Under the pieces are notes generated by a model, which saw only the letters and a program-made list of their open reading frames with translations, was not told where the DNA came from and ran no database searches. 64,000 bases of DNA, taken from contig CAYTTP010000001.1 of the NCBI GenBank assembly GCA_964440955.1, positions 14,388-78,387 on the forward strand, written 5' to 3'. Source of the stretch: an uncultured Candidatus Saccharibacteria bacterium. Its GTDB lineage: Bacteria > Patescibacteriota > Minisyncoccia > Phycocordibacterales > WO2-35-19. How positions within the stretch are numbered: the first letter of the stretch is position 1; each line of letters starts with the position of its first letter. The position numbers and the translations under genes were made by a program. Positions 19,621-28,560 of the stretch are shown one piece after another.

Positions 19621-20037
19621 ATGGACAAAACCCTTGTCCTCATTAAACCAGATGCTGTAGAAAAGAGGGTCTGGATCGAGATCATCGACATGTACCGGCA
19701 CAGCGCTGGTCTCGTGGTTTTAAATTCTCGGATAATGAGTCCGCTTCCGAGAGAACTTGCGGAAAGGCTCTATGCCGAACATGAAGGCAAGCCTTTCTAT
19801 CCAGAGCTCATCGGGCACATGACTCAAGGTACCACCATTGCCCTGCTCTTATCAGGGGCGGGCGCAGTCGAAATAGTTCGTAAATACAACGGTGCCACCA
19901 AGCCAGAAAATGCAGAAAGTGGCACAATCCGACGATTCTTTGGTACTCCTGGGAAGGGGCCGGCAAACGCGGTCCATGGATCAGCAAGTGCCGAAGATGC
20001 AGTGCGTGAGATCGCTATTTTCTTCGGAGAAGAGTAG
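19621..20037 (+). CDS. ndk: nucleoside diphosphate kinase (canonical 138-aa form; second ndk in the window)
   Basis: LIKPDAV, YAEHEGKPFYPELIGHMTQG and NAVHGSAS…REIAIFFGE line up closely with E. coli Ndk. GC content is higher than in flanking genes. Confidence 0.85.
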   Translation: MDKTLVLIKPDAVEKRVWIEIIDMYRHSAGLVVLNSRIMSPLPRELAERLYAEHEGKPFYPELIGHMTQGTTIALLLSGAGAVEIVRKYNGATKPENAESGTIRRFFGTPGKGPANAVHGSASAEDAVREIAIFFGEE

Positions 20038-20098
20038 GTCTCTGGGGTGGTTGCGCAATCTGCACAACCACCCTAAACTTTTTATATTAATTTTAAAT

Positions 20099-21118
20099 AT
20101 GACACATAAACGCCCTAAAAATGTTTTAGGTCAAATCCTCAAAAAAATTGCTCCGAAAATAAAGGCCAAAGTATTGCTTGAACCTTATTGGAATGTAGTT
20201 GGTCAGATCATTTTTAAAAATGGCAAAAAGAGCTATTTCCGATACAACACATTAGACCTCAACCCAATGGGAAGTTCGGAAATTGCGAGAGACAAAGATT
20301 ATTCAAATTTTTTCATCAAAAAATTAAAGTATCCGATAGTACCGAAAAGTAAAACTTTTTATTCCGACAATTGGGCACGGGCAATCGGAGAAAACAATAG
20401 AGACATCCATCATGGATGGCAATATGCATCCCAGATAGGGCTTCCGGTTATTGTAAAGCCAAACAGCGGTAGCCAAGGGTCACATGTCGCTTTAGTCCAC
20501 AACAAAAAGGAATTCTATTCGGCACTTAAGGCCATATTCAGAGGAGACAGAATAGCTCTGATCCAAAAACCTGTCTATGGTAAAGATTATAGGATCGTAG
20601 TTTTGGATAATGAAATTATTTCGGCCTATGAGCGAATACCTCTATCGGTACAAGGTGACGGTATATCAACAATACAAAAACTTCTTAAAATAAAACAAGA
20701 TGAATTTATAAAATCAGGCAGAGATACTCGAATAAAAACGAAAGACCCTCGAATACTAATTAAATTAAAACACCAAAAACTAAAGCTCGATTCTATTCCT
20801 AAAAAAGGAGAAGTTATTTTTCTTTTAGACAATGCGAACCTATCGACCGGAGGTGATTCAAACGACGTGACCAAGAAAATTCATCCAAAATTCAAAGATA
20901 TTGCAGTCAATCTCACTAGAGATATGGGGCTTCGATTGTGCGGTGTGGATCTTATTATTGAAGGTGATATAACACAAAAACCAAACAAATATTGGGTATT
21001 AGAAATTAATTCCGCTCCCGGTCTCGATCATTATGTGAAAATCGGCAAAATACAGGAAAAAATTGTTGAAAATTTATACTTAAAAGTCCTAAAACATCTC
21101 CAAAATGAACATCGATAA
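20099..21118 (+). CDS. RimK-like ATP-grasp ligase
   Basis: VIVKPNSGSQGSHVALV, YRIVVLDNEII and WVLEINSAPGL are ATP-grasp (RimK/GshB-like) motifs. The ATG at 20099 removes the overlap of the longer track ORF with ndk. Confidence 0.65.
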   Translation: MTHKRPKNVLGQILKKIAPKIKAKVLLEPYWNVVGQIIFKNGKKSYFRYNTLDLNPMGSSEIARDKDYSNFFIKKLKYPIVPKSKTFYSDNWARAIGENNRDIHHGWQYASQIGLPVIVKPNSGSQGSHVALVHNKKEFYSALKAIFRGDRIALIQKPVYGKDYRIVVLDNEIISAYERIPLSVQGDGISTIQKLLKIKQDEFIKSGRDTRIKTKDPRILIKLKHQKLKLDSIPKKGEVIFLLDNANLSTGGDSNDVTKKIHPKFKDIAVNLTRDMGLRLCGVDLIIEGDITQKPNKYWVLEINSAPGLDHYVKIGKIQEKIVENLYLKVLKHLQNEHR

Positions 21119-21539
21119 CTTAAGAAGTTTAACCAAAAAGTACGATTCATGTATACTCTACAAACCACTTAAGGATGAGATTGACTACACCCTCTCCCAC
21201 TTTCCTCTCCTACTACCTCAAGAAAAAATAATATTACCTTCTGATAAAAATAGTGACCCTTTTGAATTGGTAGATATTTGCATGGAACGTTGTCAAAGTT
21301 TAAAACCATTTATTTTAATACCTGGAAGGAAATTTGATATTTATGGTGCACGGATAGGACACGGCTATGGGTGGTATGATCGATTTCTTTCTAAACTTCC
21401 TCAAACATGGCTTCGAATTGGAGTAGGATACTATTCACAATTATCAATCGAAAAAATCGAAACAAAAATACATGATCAAAAAATGGACATTATTCTTATT
21501 CTAAAAGATCAGGATTGGAAAATTTATAAAGCCAAATAA
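21105..21539 (+). CDS. 5-formyltetrahydrofolate cyclo-ligase (MTHFS) family protein
   Basis: 144 aa with the IGHGYGWYDRFL motif (G-x-G-x-GYYD). Confidence 0.65.
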   Translation: MNIDNLRSLTKKYDSCILYKPLKDEIDYTLSHFPLLLPQEKIILPSDKNSDPFELVDICMERCQSLKPFILIPGRKFDIYGARIGHGYGWYDRFLSKLPQTWLRIGVGYYSQLSIEKIETKIHDQKMDIILILKDQDWKIYKAK

Positions 21540-21540
21540 A

Positions 21541-21572
21541 AACAAAACTCCGTTAAACGGAGTTTTGTTTTT
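21541..21572. terminator. bidirectional terminator between the MTHFS gene (+) and rplK (-)
   Basis: aacaaaactccg ttaa cggagttttgtt followed by T runs. Confidence 0.6.
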
Positions 21573-21591
21573 TAAGAAGTATAATTTGAGA

Positions 21592-22014
21592 TTAACCTTT
21601 TATATCTATCCCCATGCTTCTGCACTGACCTGCGATGATATTGACAGCGGCGTTGAGGTCGTTTGCGTTTAGGTCGGCCATTTTGACCTTAGCGATGTCT
21701 TCGAGTTGAGCGCGAGTTATTTTGCCCACCTTTTGAGTATTTGGTTTGCCCGAACCCTTTTCAACACCGATTGCCTTTAGGATGAGGCTTGAAGCAGGAG
21801 GAGTCTTTAGAATGAAATCAAATGTCCTGTCTTCATAGACTGATATTTCAGCCGGTATTGGACCCGACATGCCTTTGGTTGCATCGTTGAATTTGGTGAC
21901 AAATTCACCAATATTTATACCGGCAGGACCCAAAGCAGTACCTACAGGAGGCGCAGGGGTAGCCTTACCAGCCACAATCACAAGCTTTATTTTTTTGGTT
22001 ATTTTCTTTGCCAT
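21592..22014 (-). CDS. rplK: 50S ribosomal protein L11
   Basis: 140 aa, …[17 protein letters not shown]… No rplA (L1) gene follows it. Confidence 0.9.
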   Translation of the reverse strand: MAKKITKKIKLVIVAGKATPAPPVGTALGPAGINIGEFVTKFNDATKGMSGPIPAEISVYEDRTFDFILKTPPASSLILKAIGVEKGSGKPNTQKVGKITRAQLEDIAKVKMADLNANDLNAAVNIIAGQCRSMGIDIKG

Positions 22015-22057
22015 TTGCTCTGCTACATTACTATATATAGGTTATTTTTGCAATGTA

Positions 22058-22089
22058 TCCTTTCGATCCCCCTCTTAGGATAATAGGGG
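22058..22089. repeat. GC-rich palindromic repeat (family copy): ccccctcttagga…taggggttaggggtga
   Basis: Intergenic, between nusG and rplK. Confidence 0.55.
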
Positions 22090-22104
22090 TTAGGGGTGAT
22101 ACCT

Positions 22105-22650
22105 TTAAATCTTTTTAATCTGCAAGAAATCAAGTTCTACTGGCGTTTCCCGACCAAACATTGGCACCAACACCTTCACCTTGCCCCGAGATTCATCAAC
22201 CTCACCAACCTTACCTTCCAAATCCTTGAATGGTCCATCGACGATCTTCACAGCATCATCAATCGAAAGGTCAATATTGTGTTTTACTATTTCGCTACTC
22301 ATTCGCTTCATCAAACTATCAACCTCTTTTTGTTCGAGCGGTACTGGGAAAACTCCCGAACCAACAAACCCTGTCACTCGAGGGGTGTTTCTAACTACAT
22401 ACCACGAATCGTCGGTCACGATCATGTCTACCAATACATAACCGGGGTATATTTTTTCCTCTTCCTCGACCCTCTTGTTGCCTTTTATTTTTATTTTCTT
22501 TTCAGTGGGGACGACAACGTTAAATATTTTGTCTCCCATACCAAGTGAATCGATTCTTTGTTTCAAATTTCTAAGAACCGCATTCTCATAGCCAGAATAC
22601 GTATGTATGGCATACCAATGACGACCTTCTTGTATTTGCTGTTTTGACAT
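22105..22650 (-). CDS. nusG: transcription termination/antitermination factor NusG
   Basis: 181 aa with an NGN domain plus a C-terminal KOW. Confidence 0.85.
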   Translation of the reverse strand: MSKQQIQEGRHWYAIHTYSGYENAVLRNLKQRIDSLGMGDKIFNVVVPTEKKIKIKGNKRVEEEEKIYPGYVLVDMIVTDDSWYVVRNTPRVTGFVGSGVFPVPLEQKEVDSLMKRMSSEIVKHNIDLSIDDAVKIVDGPFKDLEGKVGEVDESRGKVKVLVPMFGRETPVELDFLQIKKI

Positions 22651-22666
22651 ATATTAACTAAGAAAT

Positions 22667-22846
22667 TTAGCTGATAAATAAGTTTAATATTTTAGAAAAG
22701 ACGAAATCAAAAAATCCCAAAAAAGCAGCGGTAGCGACCGAAACTATAACAACAACGATTGAGAACAATATTGATTGCCTTTGCGTCGGCCAATTAACCG
22801 AAGACAATTCCGATTTTGTTTCCCTTATATAGCTTCCGATTGACAT
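22667..22846 (-). CDS. secE: preprotein translocase subunit SecE (59 aa)
   Basis: MSIGSYIRETKSELSSVNWPTQRQSILFSIVVVIVSVATAAFLGFFDFVFSKILNLFIS has a single TM helix and sits in the canonical position upstream of nusG. It falls below the ORF-track size cutoff. Confidence 0.7.
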   Translation of the reverse strand: MSIGSYIRETKSELSSVNWPTQRQSILFSIVVVIVSVATAAFLGFFDFVFSKILNLFIS

Positions 22847-22971
22847 AATTTTATGAGTTAACTAATAAAGTCTCCTAAAGAAAAACCCCTTTCGGGGGTC
22901 CTTCTCTATTGATTTGTAATCCCTATTATACTCTTTTACACCAACCTGTCAAATTACTCTTCCTCCCCTCT

Positions 22972-23006
22972 TAGGGTAAGAGGGGGCGAGCGTAGCGGTG
23001 AGGGCG
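22972..23006. repeat. GC-rich palindromic repeat (family copy): cctcccctcttagggtaagagggggcgagcgtagcggtgagggcg
   Basis: Intergenic, between the SIMPL gene and secE. Confidence 0.55.
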
Positions 23007-23031
23007 TTATTTCGGATTTAGCGAGAGTAGG

Positions 23032-23838
23032 CTACTTGATCTCGTAAGTTATTGTCACTTGAGAAGTGATCCTATTTTCACCTACTGGCAATGAAGCTTG
23101 GTTTGCGCCACCCATTCCCATGTCTTTTTCCATATAAGCACCGCCATAGTACATAGGCATATAATTACCCTGTTCATTGATGTACATCACCTTGCCAAGC
23201 TTCACACCAAGCTGTTTAGCCATAGTCTTTGCTTGTTCCTTTGCTTTCTTGATCGCCTCTGCTCTAGCTTGTGCGATAAATTCATCCTTATTGTCTACTG
23301 TGAAATCAAGACCACTAACATTTGAAATCTTTAGAGCACCAATAGCCCCAACCAAGTCACCTGCCTTCTTAGTATCACGAACTTTTACCAAGATAGTTTG
23401 ACTTGCCTCATAACCTACAAGCTCACTCTTGCCTGAAGGGCAAGACATACCATAAACACAAGGAGGTTGATTCCACTCATATTTTGGGTAAACATTGTAG
23501 CTTATTGTCTTGATATCCTTTTCATCTACACCAAAAGACTTGAGTGACGATAGGGCCGCATTCACTTTGGTATTCATGGCCTCTTGAGCTGACTGCACCG
23601 ATTCGGAAGTCTCGGTTACTGTAAAATTGAAAGACGCGATATCAGGTATTGCATAAGCCTCACCTTCGCCACTTACCATGATAGTCGACTGCGGATACAC
23701 TTCATTGCCTGCTCGAGGAAGACGCTTAAGATCGGCAAAAACTTTGACTAGCAAAAACAGTGAAAGAAGTCCGAGAGTAACCACGATAAACTGACCGATT
23801 TTTTTCGAGTATTCCTCACCAAAAAATTGATTCAACAT
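23032..23838 (-). CDS. SIMPL-domain (DUF541/YggE-like) periplasmic protein
   Basis: 268 aa with an N-terminal TM helix. The fold pattern matches the 26 kDa periplasmic immunogenic protein family. Confidence 0.55.
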   Translation of the reverse strand: MLNQFFGEEYSKKIGQFIVVTLGLLSLFLLVKVFADLKRLPRAGNEVYPQSTIMVSGEGEAYAIPDIASFNFTVTETSESVQSAQEAMNTKVNAALSSLKSFGVDEKDIKTISYNVYPKYEWNQPPCVYGMSCPSGKSELVGYEASQTILVKVRDTKKAGDLVGAIGALKISNVSGLDFTVDNKDEFIAQARAEAIKKAKEQAKTMAKQLGVKLGKVMYINEQGNYMPMYYGGAYMEKDMGMGGANQASLPVGENRITSQVTITYEIK

Positions 23839-23965
23839 TTTATTTTTAAATTAACCTTATAATATGATTTTCGCTCCCAAGAAACGTCTCTTCGAAAAGG
23901 TCCTCGGGTGAGGTCCCCAGACCATTTTCTCAGAGAGTTTCTTGTTCGCTCAACTTCCGCCAATA

Positions 23966-24775
23966 CTAACACAGATCGAGTAAGTTTTGGAATAAGCTCG
24001 CGACCGTAAGCGGCCCGACCCCACCCGGCACCGGCGAAAGTGCGTCAACAATCGGCTCGACTTCGTCAAATATAACGTCACCAACCACCTTACCTGTGTC
24101 TAAGCGCCTAATACCAACATCAATCACTATTTGACCCTTGCTTACGAAGCGAGCATCTATAAGGTGAGGTACGCCGGTTGCCGACACGACAATATGAGCC
24201 CCCTTACACTTCTCCCTTAGCTCATCGGGCGGAGTTTCCTTGTCACACACAAGCACAATAGCTCCTCCTCGAGAAAATTCCTTGGCAATAGGGCTGCCAG
24301 CTACTCTAGAATTGCCGACTACTGTCACTCTTTTGCCAGTGTAATCTATTTCATAAAATTTTAAAATTTCAAAAACACCGCGAGCAGTAGCCGGTATAAC
24401 ACGAGAAGACCCGGATAGCCCATCTGCATCCTTCTTCTCAGGAATAAGCGAAACTAGTTTTTCTGTGTCAATTTTCTCTGGCAGAGGCAGTTGCACGATA
24501 ACACCATTTATATTTTCATCAGCAATTATTTTTAACAGCTCATGTTCTAATTCCTCATGCAAAACATCCTCACCAAACTTTGAGATAGACACTCCCACCC
24601 CTATTTCTTCGCCAAATTCCTTTTTGCGTTTCAAATAAATAGCGGTGTCCGGTGAGTCGCCAACGGTCAATATAGAAAGAGTAGGCTTGTGTGTCTTTTC
24701 CCTTATCCTTGCTTTGAGTTCAGCTCTTATTTTTTCTGCAACCGGCTTACCAAAAAGTATTTTTGCCATTTCCAC
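23966..24775 (-). CDS. folD: bifunctional methylenetetrahydrofolate dehydrogenase/cyclohydrolase
   Basis: 269 aa, …VVGNSRVAGSPIA… and …PVPGGVGPLTVA…. Confidence 0.85.
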   Translation of the reverse strand: MEMAKILFGKPVAEKIRAELKARIREKTHKPTLSILTVGDSPDTAIYLKRKKEFGEEIGVGVSISKFGEDVLHEELEHELLKIIADENINGVIVQLPLPEKIDTEKLVSLIPEKKDADGLSGSSRVIPATARGVFEILKFYEIDYTGKRVTVVGNSRVAGSPIAKEFSRGGAIVLVCDKETPPDELREKCKGAHIVVSATGVPHLIDARFVSKGQIVIDVGIRRLDTGKVVGDVIFDEVEPIVDALSPVPGGVGPLTVASLFQNLLDLC

Positions 24776-24811
24776 ACTATACCACAGCTTCAGGATGTTA
24801 TTATAATATGT

Positions 24812-25381
24812 ATGAATCGATCGAAAATAAAAAATGTCTTTTTCATTATTTTCCTCTTCCTCTGCGCAGTGGCTGCTCTTTTGTACGGTCTTTACGGTGA
24901 ATCAATAAGCCTCGCTCGGGCAGTCGAATACATAGACAGTTTTGGAGCTAAAGGTCCAATAGTGTTTATGGTTATTTATATAATTGTCACCATATTTTTG
25001 CCCTCAACTCCACTCATGATCCTTTCCGGTATTCTCTTTGGTTTCTATAATGGTTTACTCTATACTGTCCTTGCAGGCTTCATAAACTCAGTGATCGTAT
25101 TTGCCGCGAGCCGCCAGTTGGGCAAAGATTTCATCGAAAACCTACTGTCCAAAAAATACCTTTCCAAAATAGAAAGATACAACAAACGGCTCGAGGGTGG
25201 CGCAATTTCCGACTTGGTTATTTTGCGCATCCTACCAATAATGCCTTTCAATGTATTGAATATTGCAATGGGTGTCTCTAAAATAAAATTCAAAGACTAT
25301 TGTATAGGCACTCTTATAGGACTCGCACCTTCAAACATATTTTCAGTCTATGCTGGAGCCTTTCTAACCAAAATTTTCTAA
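24812..25381 (+). CDS. DedA/TVP38 family membrane protein
   Basis: Multi-TM protein with the conserved G-x-x-x-PS-x-x-x-Y region. The internal start MNRSKIK avoids overlap with folD. Confidence 0.6.
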   Translation: MNRSKIKNVFFIIFLFLCAVAALLYGLYGESISLARAVEYIDSFGAKGPIVFMVIYIIVTIFLPSTPLMILSGILFGFYNGLLYTVLAGFINSVIVFAASRQLGKDFIENLLSKKYLSKIERYNKRLEGGAISDLVILRILPIMPFNVLNIAMGVSKIKFKDYCIGTLIGLAPSNIFSVYAGAFLTKIF

Positions 25382-25386
25382 ATACA

Positions 25387-27132
25387 CTAATCCTTCCTCT
25401 CGCCTATTTGTTCACGCCACATCGCCGAGTATAGACCACCTTGAGCCACAAGCTCATCATGGTTCCCCGCTTCCACCACCGAGCCCTTTTCCAACACAAA
25501 AATACGGTCAGCGTGCATAATAGTCGAAAGACGATGAGCAATGAGCACAGTAATGTGAGTCTTCAAAGCGGATATATTTCTCAGGGTTTTACCGATCTCC
25601 CCTTCGGTAATCGAATCGAGTGCGGAGGTAGCTTCATCAAAAATAAGAAGTCCTGGATCTCGCAACAGAGCACGAGCAATCGAGAGTCTTTGCTTTTCGC
25701 CTCCAGAAACTTTAACTCCCCCTTCCCCGATCACCGTGTCGAGACCTTTTCCTCCACGCGTGAGCAAATTTTGACATTGAGCTTTTTGGAGTGCATCGAT
25801 ACATTCTTCATCGGTTGCTTTTGGATTGACGAAAAGTAAGTTTTCGCGAATAGTGCCAGAAAATAGTTGCGTATCTTGAGTGACAAAACCGATTTGAGAA
25901 CGCAATTCCTCCTTATCGATTTGGTCGTACCGCTCGCCATTATACAAAATAACACCTGAAGTTGGGTTATAAAGACCGACCAACAACTTTACGAGAGAAG
26001 TCTTACCTGAACCAGATGGACCAACAAAGGCAATCGTCTCACCTTTGACTACCCTAAACGAAATATCAGCCAAAGCCATCGAGGTACTGGATGCGTAGCC
26101 GAAAGCGACATTTTCAAATTGAAGAGTATCGAGTTTGCCAATACTTCTTGGCGAGACAGACCTCGGCTCGGCAGAAGTCTGCATAAGTTTTTCATAATTT
26201 GCGAGCGAAGCTTCGGCCTGACGATAAGTGGCAATGAAGCTTGTGATTTGAGAAAGTGGGAAAAATAACCAAAACGAATAAATATTGAGCGATAAATATT
26301 GGCCAAAAGTTATCCTTTCGGTGAAGATGAGGTAAAACAAAAACAAATACAAACCTGCGCGAATAAAATTTGTCACCGTACCTTGGACAAAGTCGAGCAA
26401 GCGTAAGTAACGTAATTTTTTGAGTTCGAGCTTCAATATCTTTTCAGTGACTAAGTTTAAACGTTCCACCTCTTGCTTCGCGAGTCCGAGCGACTTCACA
26501 AGCTCGATGTTGCGAAGTGACTCGGTCGTTGCCCCAGCAAGAGCGGTCGTCTCAGCGACGATTACCTGCTGGATTTCCTTTATCTTTTTCGAAAACAAAA
26601 GCGTGATTGTCGAAACAACCGCAATCATTCCAATAAAAATAATTGGGATAAGCCAATACACAAGTGCGGTATAGACCAAAATAAACCCAAGAATGATAAC
26701 CGAAATAAATACGACATTCACTGTTTCAATGACAAGCTTTTCGGTATCTTGCCTTGCTTTTTGAAGCTTCCCCAGAGTCTCACCGCTCCGCTCGTCTTCA
26801 AAAACTGCATAAGGTAGATCAAGTGAATGCTTCACCCCCTCGCGATACATGTCGGCGCCTGAACGCTGGCTCACCGTATTCAAGAAATAATCCTGAAAAT
26901 TTTTTGCGACCCTTGAGACAAGTGCGTTGCCAACAAAAACCAACAAAAGAAATATCGTCCCGCGGAAAAAATCATCCTGCGAGATGTCGCGAAAGCGCAA
27001 GGCGTAGTCGTCAATGATCCGTTGGAAGATAATAGGTTCAAAAAGACTAAATACTTGATTCACAATTGCAAGTAAAACCACCCCAGCACACATCCATCGG
27101 TATTTATTTAGATATGAAAATAGTATTTTCAT
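25387..27132 (-). CDS. ABC exporter (fused TMD-NBD, MsbA-like)
   Basis: 581 aa with 6 TM helices, a Walker A GPSGSGKTS, the signature VSGGEKQRLSIARAL and a Walker B LLIFDEATSALD. Confidence 0.85.
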   Translation of the reverse strand: MKILFSYLNKYRWMCAGVVLLAIVNQVFSLFEPIIFQRIIDDYALRFRDISQDDFFRGTIFLLLVFVGNALVSRVAKNFQDYFLNTVSQRSGADMYREGVKHSLDLPYAVFEDERSGETLGKLQKARQDTEKLVIETVNVVFISVIILGFILVYTALVYWLIPIIFIGMIAVVSTITLLFSKKIKEIQQVIVAETTALAGATTESLRNIELVKSLGLAKQEVERLNLVTEKILKLELKKLRYLRLLDFVQGTVTNFIRAGLYLFLFYLIFTERITFGQYLSLNIYSFWLFFPLSQITSFIATYRQAEASLANYEKLMQTSAEPRSVSPRSIGKLDTLQFENVAFGYASSTSMALADISFRVVKGETIAFVGPSGSGKTSLVKLLVGLYNPTSGVILYNGERYDQIDKEELRSQIGFVTQDTQLFSGTIRENLLFVNPKATDEECIDALQKAQCQNLLTRGGKGLDTVIGEGGVKVSGGEKQRLSIARALLRDPGLLIFDEATSALDSITEGEIGKTLRNISALKTHITVLIAHRLSTIMHADRIFVLEKGSVVEAGNHDELVAQGGLYSAMWREQIGERKD

Positions 27133-27134
27133 AA

Positions 27135-27671
27135 TTACATCGCACCATCAACACCACGCCAGAGGTTGGAAGTGTTTATTGCTTCGTTGCCGGAAGCTTT
27201 GACATACAAGAAGAGTTGCATTTTGTATGAAGGCAACATCTTGACGATCATATCGAGCAAAAGATTGCCCTTTGTTTCCATACCAGCACCCCACAAGTCT
27301 ATCTCTTTTTTTAATTCTTCGTCATCAAATTTGAAAAAAGTTTCTTTCATTTCTATCTCCTGCTTGTCGATCATTTCAGCAAAGTTTTCAAGAGTGACCT
27401 CATTCTTTGCTTTTTCGCTGTACTCTTTATAAAGTGACGGATTATTTTCCAAAATCACTTTTAGCGAAGCTGCGCCAGAATACGCCAAATATTGCAACAA
27501 TTCGAGAGTCGTCCTTTGTTTTTCGGTCGGCTTATAATTTTCTGAACCCTTTGGCACCTTAGTCGCCAAGTGTTTAATAATCCGCAAATCGTTTGCAATA
27601 CCGTTCCAAATTTGTTCTTTCGAAAACATATTTATACTGGTTATGGATAAGAGATGAGTAGTATAGCACAC
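27135..27671 (-). CDS. hypothetical protein
   Basis: 178 aa ORF. The likely start is the internal MFSKEQIW. No family assigned. Confidence 0.4.
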   Translation of the reverse strand: MCYTTHLLSITSINMFSKEQIWNGIANDLRIIKHLATKVPKGSENYKPTEKQRTTLELLQYLAYSGAASLKVILENNPSLYKEYSEKAKNEVTLENFAEMIDKQEIEMKETFFKFDDEELKKEIDLWGAGMETKGNLLLDMIVKMLPSYKMQLFLYVKASGNEAINTSNLWRGVDGAM

Positions 27672-27731
27672 TCAATTTTTCAAAGACAAAATAAAGGATA
27701 AAAATCCATCATTTTGTTGAAAAATTAATGG

Positions 27732-27804
27732 GTGACCAGTGGGCTTTGCTCCCACGACCTCTTCTTCCACAGAGAAGCGCTCTACTAGCTGAGCTATGGC
27801 CACC
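27732..27804 (-). tRNA. tRNA-His(GUG) with an encoded G-1/C73 pair; the T-loop is non-canonical
   Basis: The reverse complement reads G-GTGGCCA-TA-GCTCAGCTAGTAGAGC-G-CTTCT CTGTGGA AGAAG-AGGTC-GTGGG AGCAAAG CCCAC-TGGTCAC-C. The cloverleaf folds. The T-loop AGCAAAG lacks T54-Psi55. Confidence 0.55.
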
Positions 27805-27888
27805 AATAAGACAAAAATACTTTGTCGAAAGTATTGTGTCATAAAAACATATATTTTTCCAGAAGCATTAAATTAAATAAGGAGACTG

Positions 27889-27908
27889 GTGCGCAGGACA
27901 GGAGTTGA
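27889..27908. repeat. exact 20-bp direct repeat of the tRNA-Leu 3' end (att-like)
   Basis: gtgcgcaggacaggagttga occurs at 27889-27908 and again at 28011-28030, where it is the 3' end of tRNA-Leu. Confidence 0.6.
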
Positions 27909-28011
27909 TTCTTACAGAATCTGTACAGGTTTCCTATTTTTTCGAACAAAGTTCTCAAAAATTAGGAGAACCTTTTCAACTCCGCTCACAAATTTCCATG
28001 TATTCAATTTG

Positions 28012-28093
28012 TGCGCAGGACAGGAGTTGAACCTGCAAGCCTCTCGGCGCTACCACCTCAAGGTAGTGCGTCTACCAGTTTCGCCACCTGCGC
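28012..28093 (-). tRNA. tRNA-Leu(GAG)
   Basis: The reverse complement reads GCGCAGG-TG-GCG AAACTGGTAGA CGC-A-CTACC TTGAGGT GGTAG-long variable arm-GCAGG TTCAACT CCTGT-CCTGCGC-A. The anticodon is GAG. Confidence 0.8.
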
Positions 28094-28139
28094 AATACAA
28101 ACGAGTCTACATCAAAAATCACCTTTTTTCAACGAGTTC

Positions 28140-28176
28140 GCCCAGCCGCAGTAATTACTGCGGCTGGGCTTTTTTG
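28140..28176 (+). terminator. perfect 15-bp palindromic hairpin followed by TTTTTT (plus-strand orientation) next to tRNA-Leu
   Basis: gcccagccgcagtaa/ttactgcggctgggc then ttttttgc. There is no obvious plus-strand gene upstream. Confidence 0.4.
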
Positions 28177-28178
28177 CT

Positions 28179-28448
28179 TCATGGGCGACGGGTCGAGTAG
28201 TTCGATCTCCGCCCATCGCCTCCGTAGGCCGAGCCATAAGTTGGCTGCTTTGATTCTTCAATGAGTCTTTTTGTCTCTTCAACGGCTTTTTCACCAGCCC
28301 TAAGCCGCCTATTCCTGAGAAAAACAAAATTCTCGATTTCCAAGAGCCTTTTTCGCTCAGATGGAGTAAAATCCTCTGGACGACGTCCTAAACAAAATGA
28401 CAATATCTTGTCATCAGCAGTCCAGTCACGGTCTCTTCGTCTTGACAT
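28179..28448 (-). CDS. hypothetical small basic protein
   Basis: 89 aa ORF, GC-rich. It ends just before the palindromic hairpin. Confidence 0.3.
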   Translation of the reverse strand: MSRRRDRDWTADDKILSFCLGRRPEDFTPSERKRLLEIENFVFLRNRRLRAGEKAVEETKRLIEESKQPTYGSAYGGDGRRSNYSTRRP

Positions 28449-28501
28449 GTTGAGCTAAACCTCCACCCGCAAAATAACACATTATAAAAAATTTAGCAAA
28501 C

Positions 28502-28525
28502 AAAAAATCCCACTTGGGATTTTTT
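28502..28525 (-). terminator. hairpin terminator after rplS
   Basis: aaaaaatccca ctt gggatttttt. Confidence 0.6.
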
Positions 28526-28527
28526 GT

Positions 28528-28560
28528 TCCCTCCCCTTTGGGGAGGGTCAGGGAGGGGCC
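28528..28560. repeat. GC-rich palindromic repeat (family copy): ccctcccctttggggagggtcagggaggggcc, abutting the rplS stop codon
   Basis: Same family. The final C of the repeat is the first base of the L19 stop codon on the minus strand. Confidence 0.55.

Noticed and set aside
27889-28200. Track ORF 27889-28200 (+), 103 aa
   Set aside because: It runs antisense across tRNA-Leu and the palindromic hairpin, and is an artefact of an open frame through RNA genes. Likewise 28112-28327 (-).
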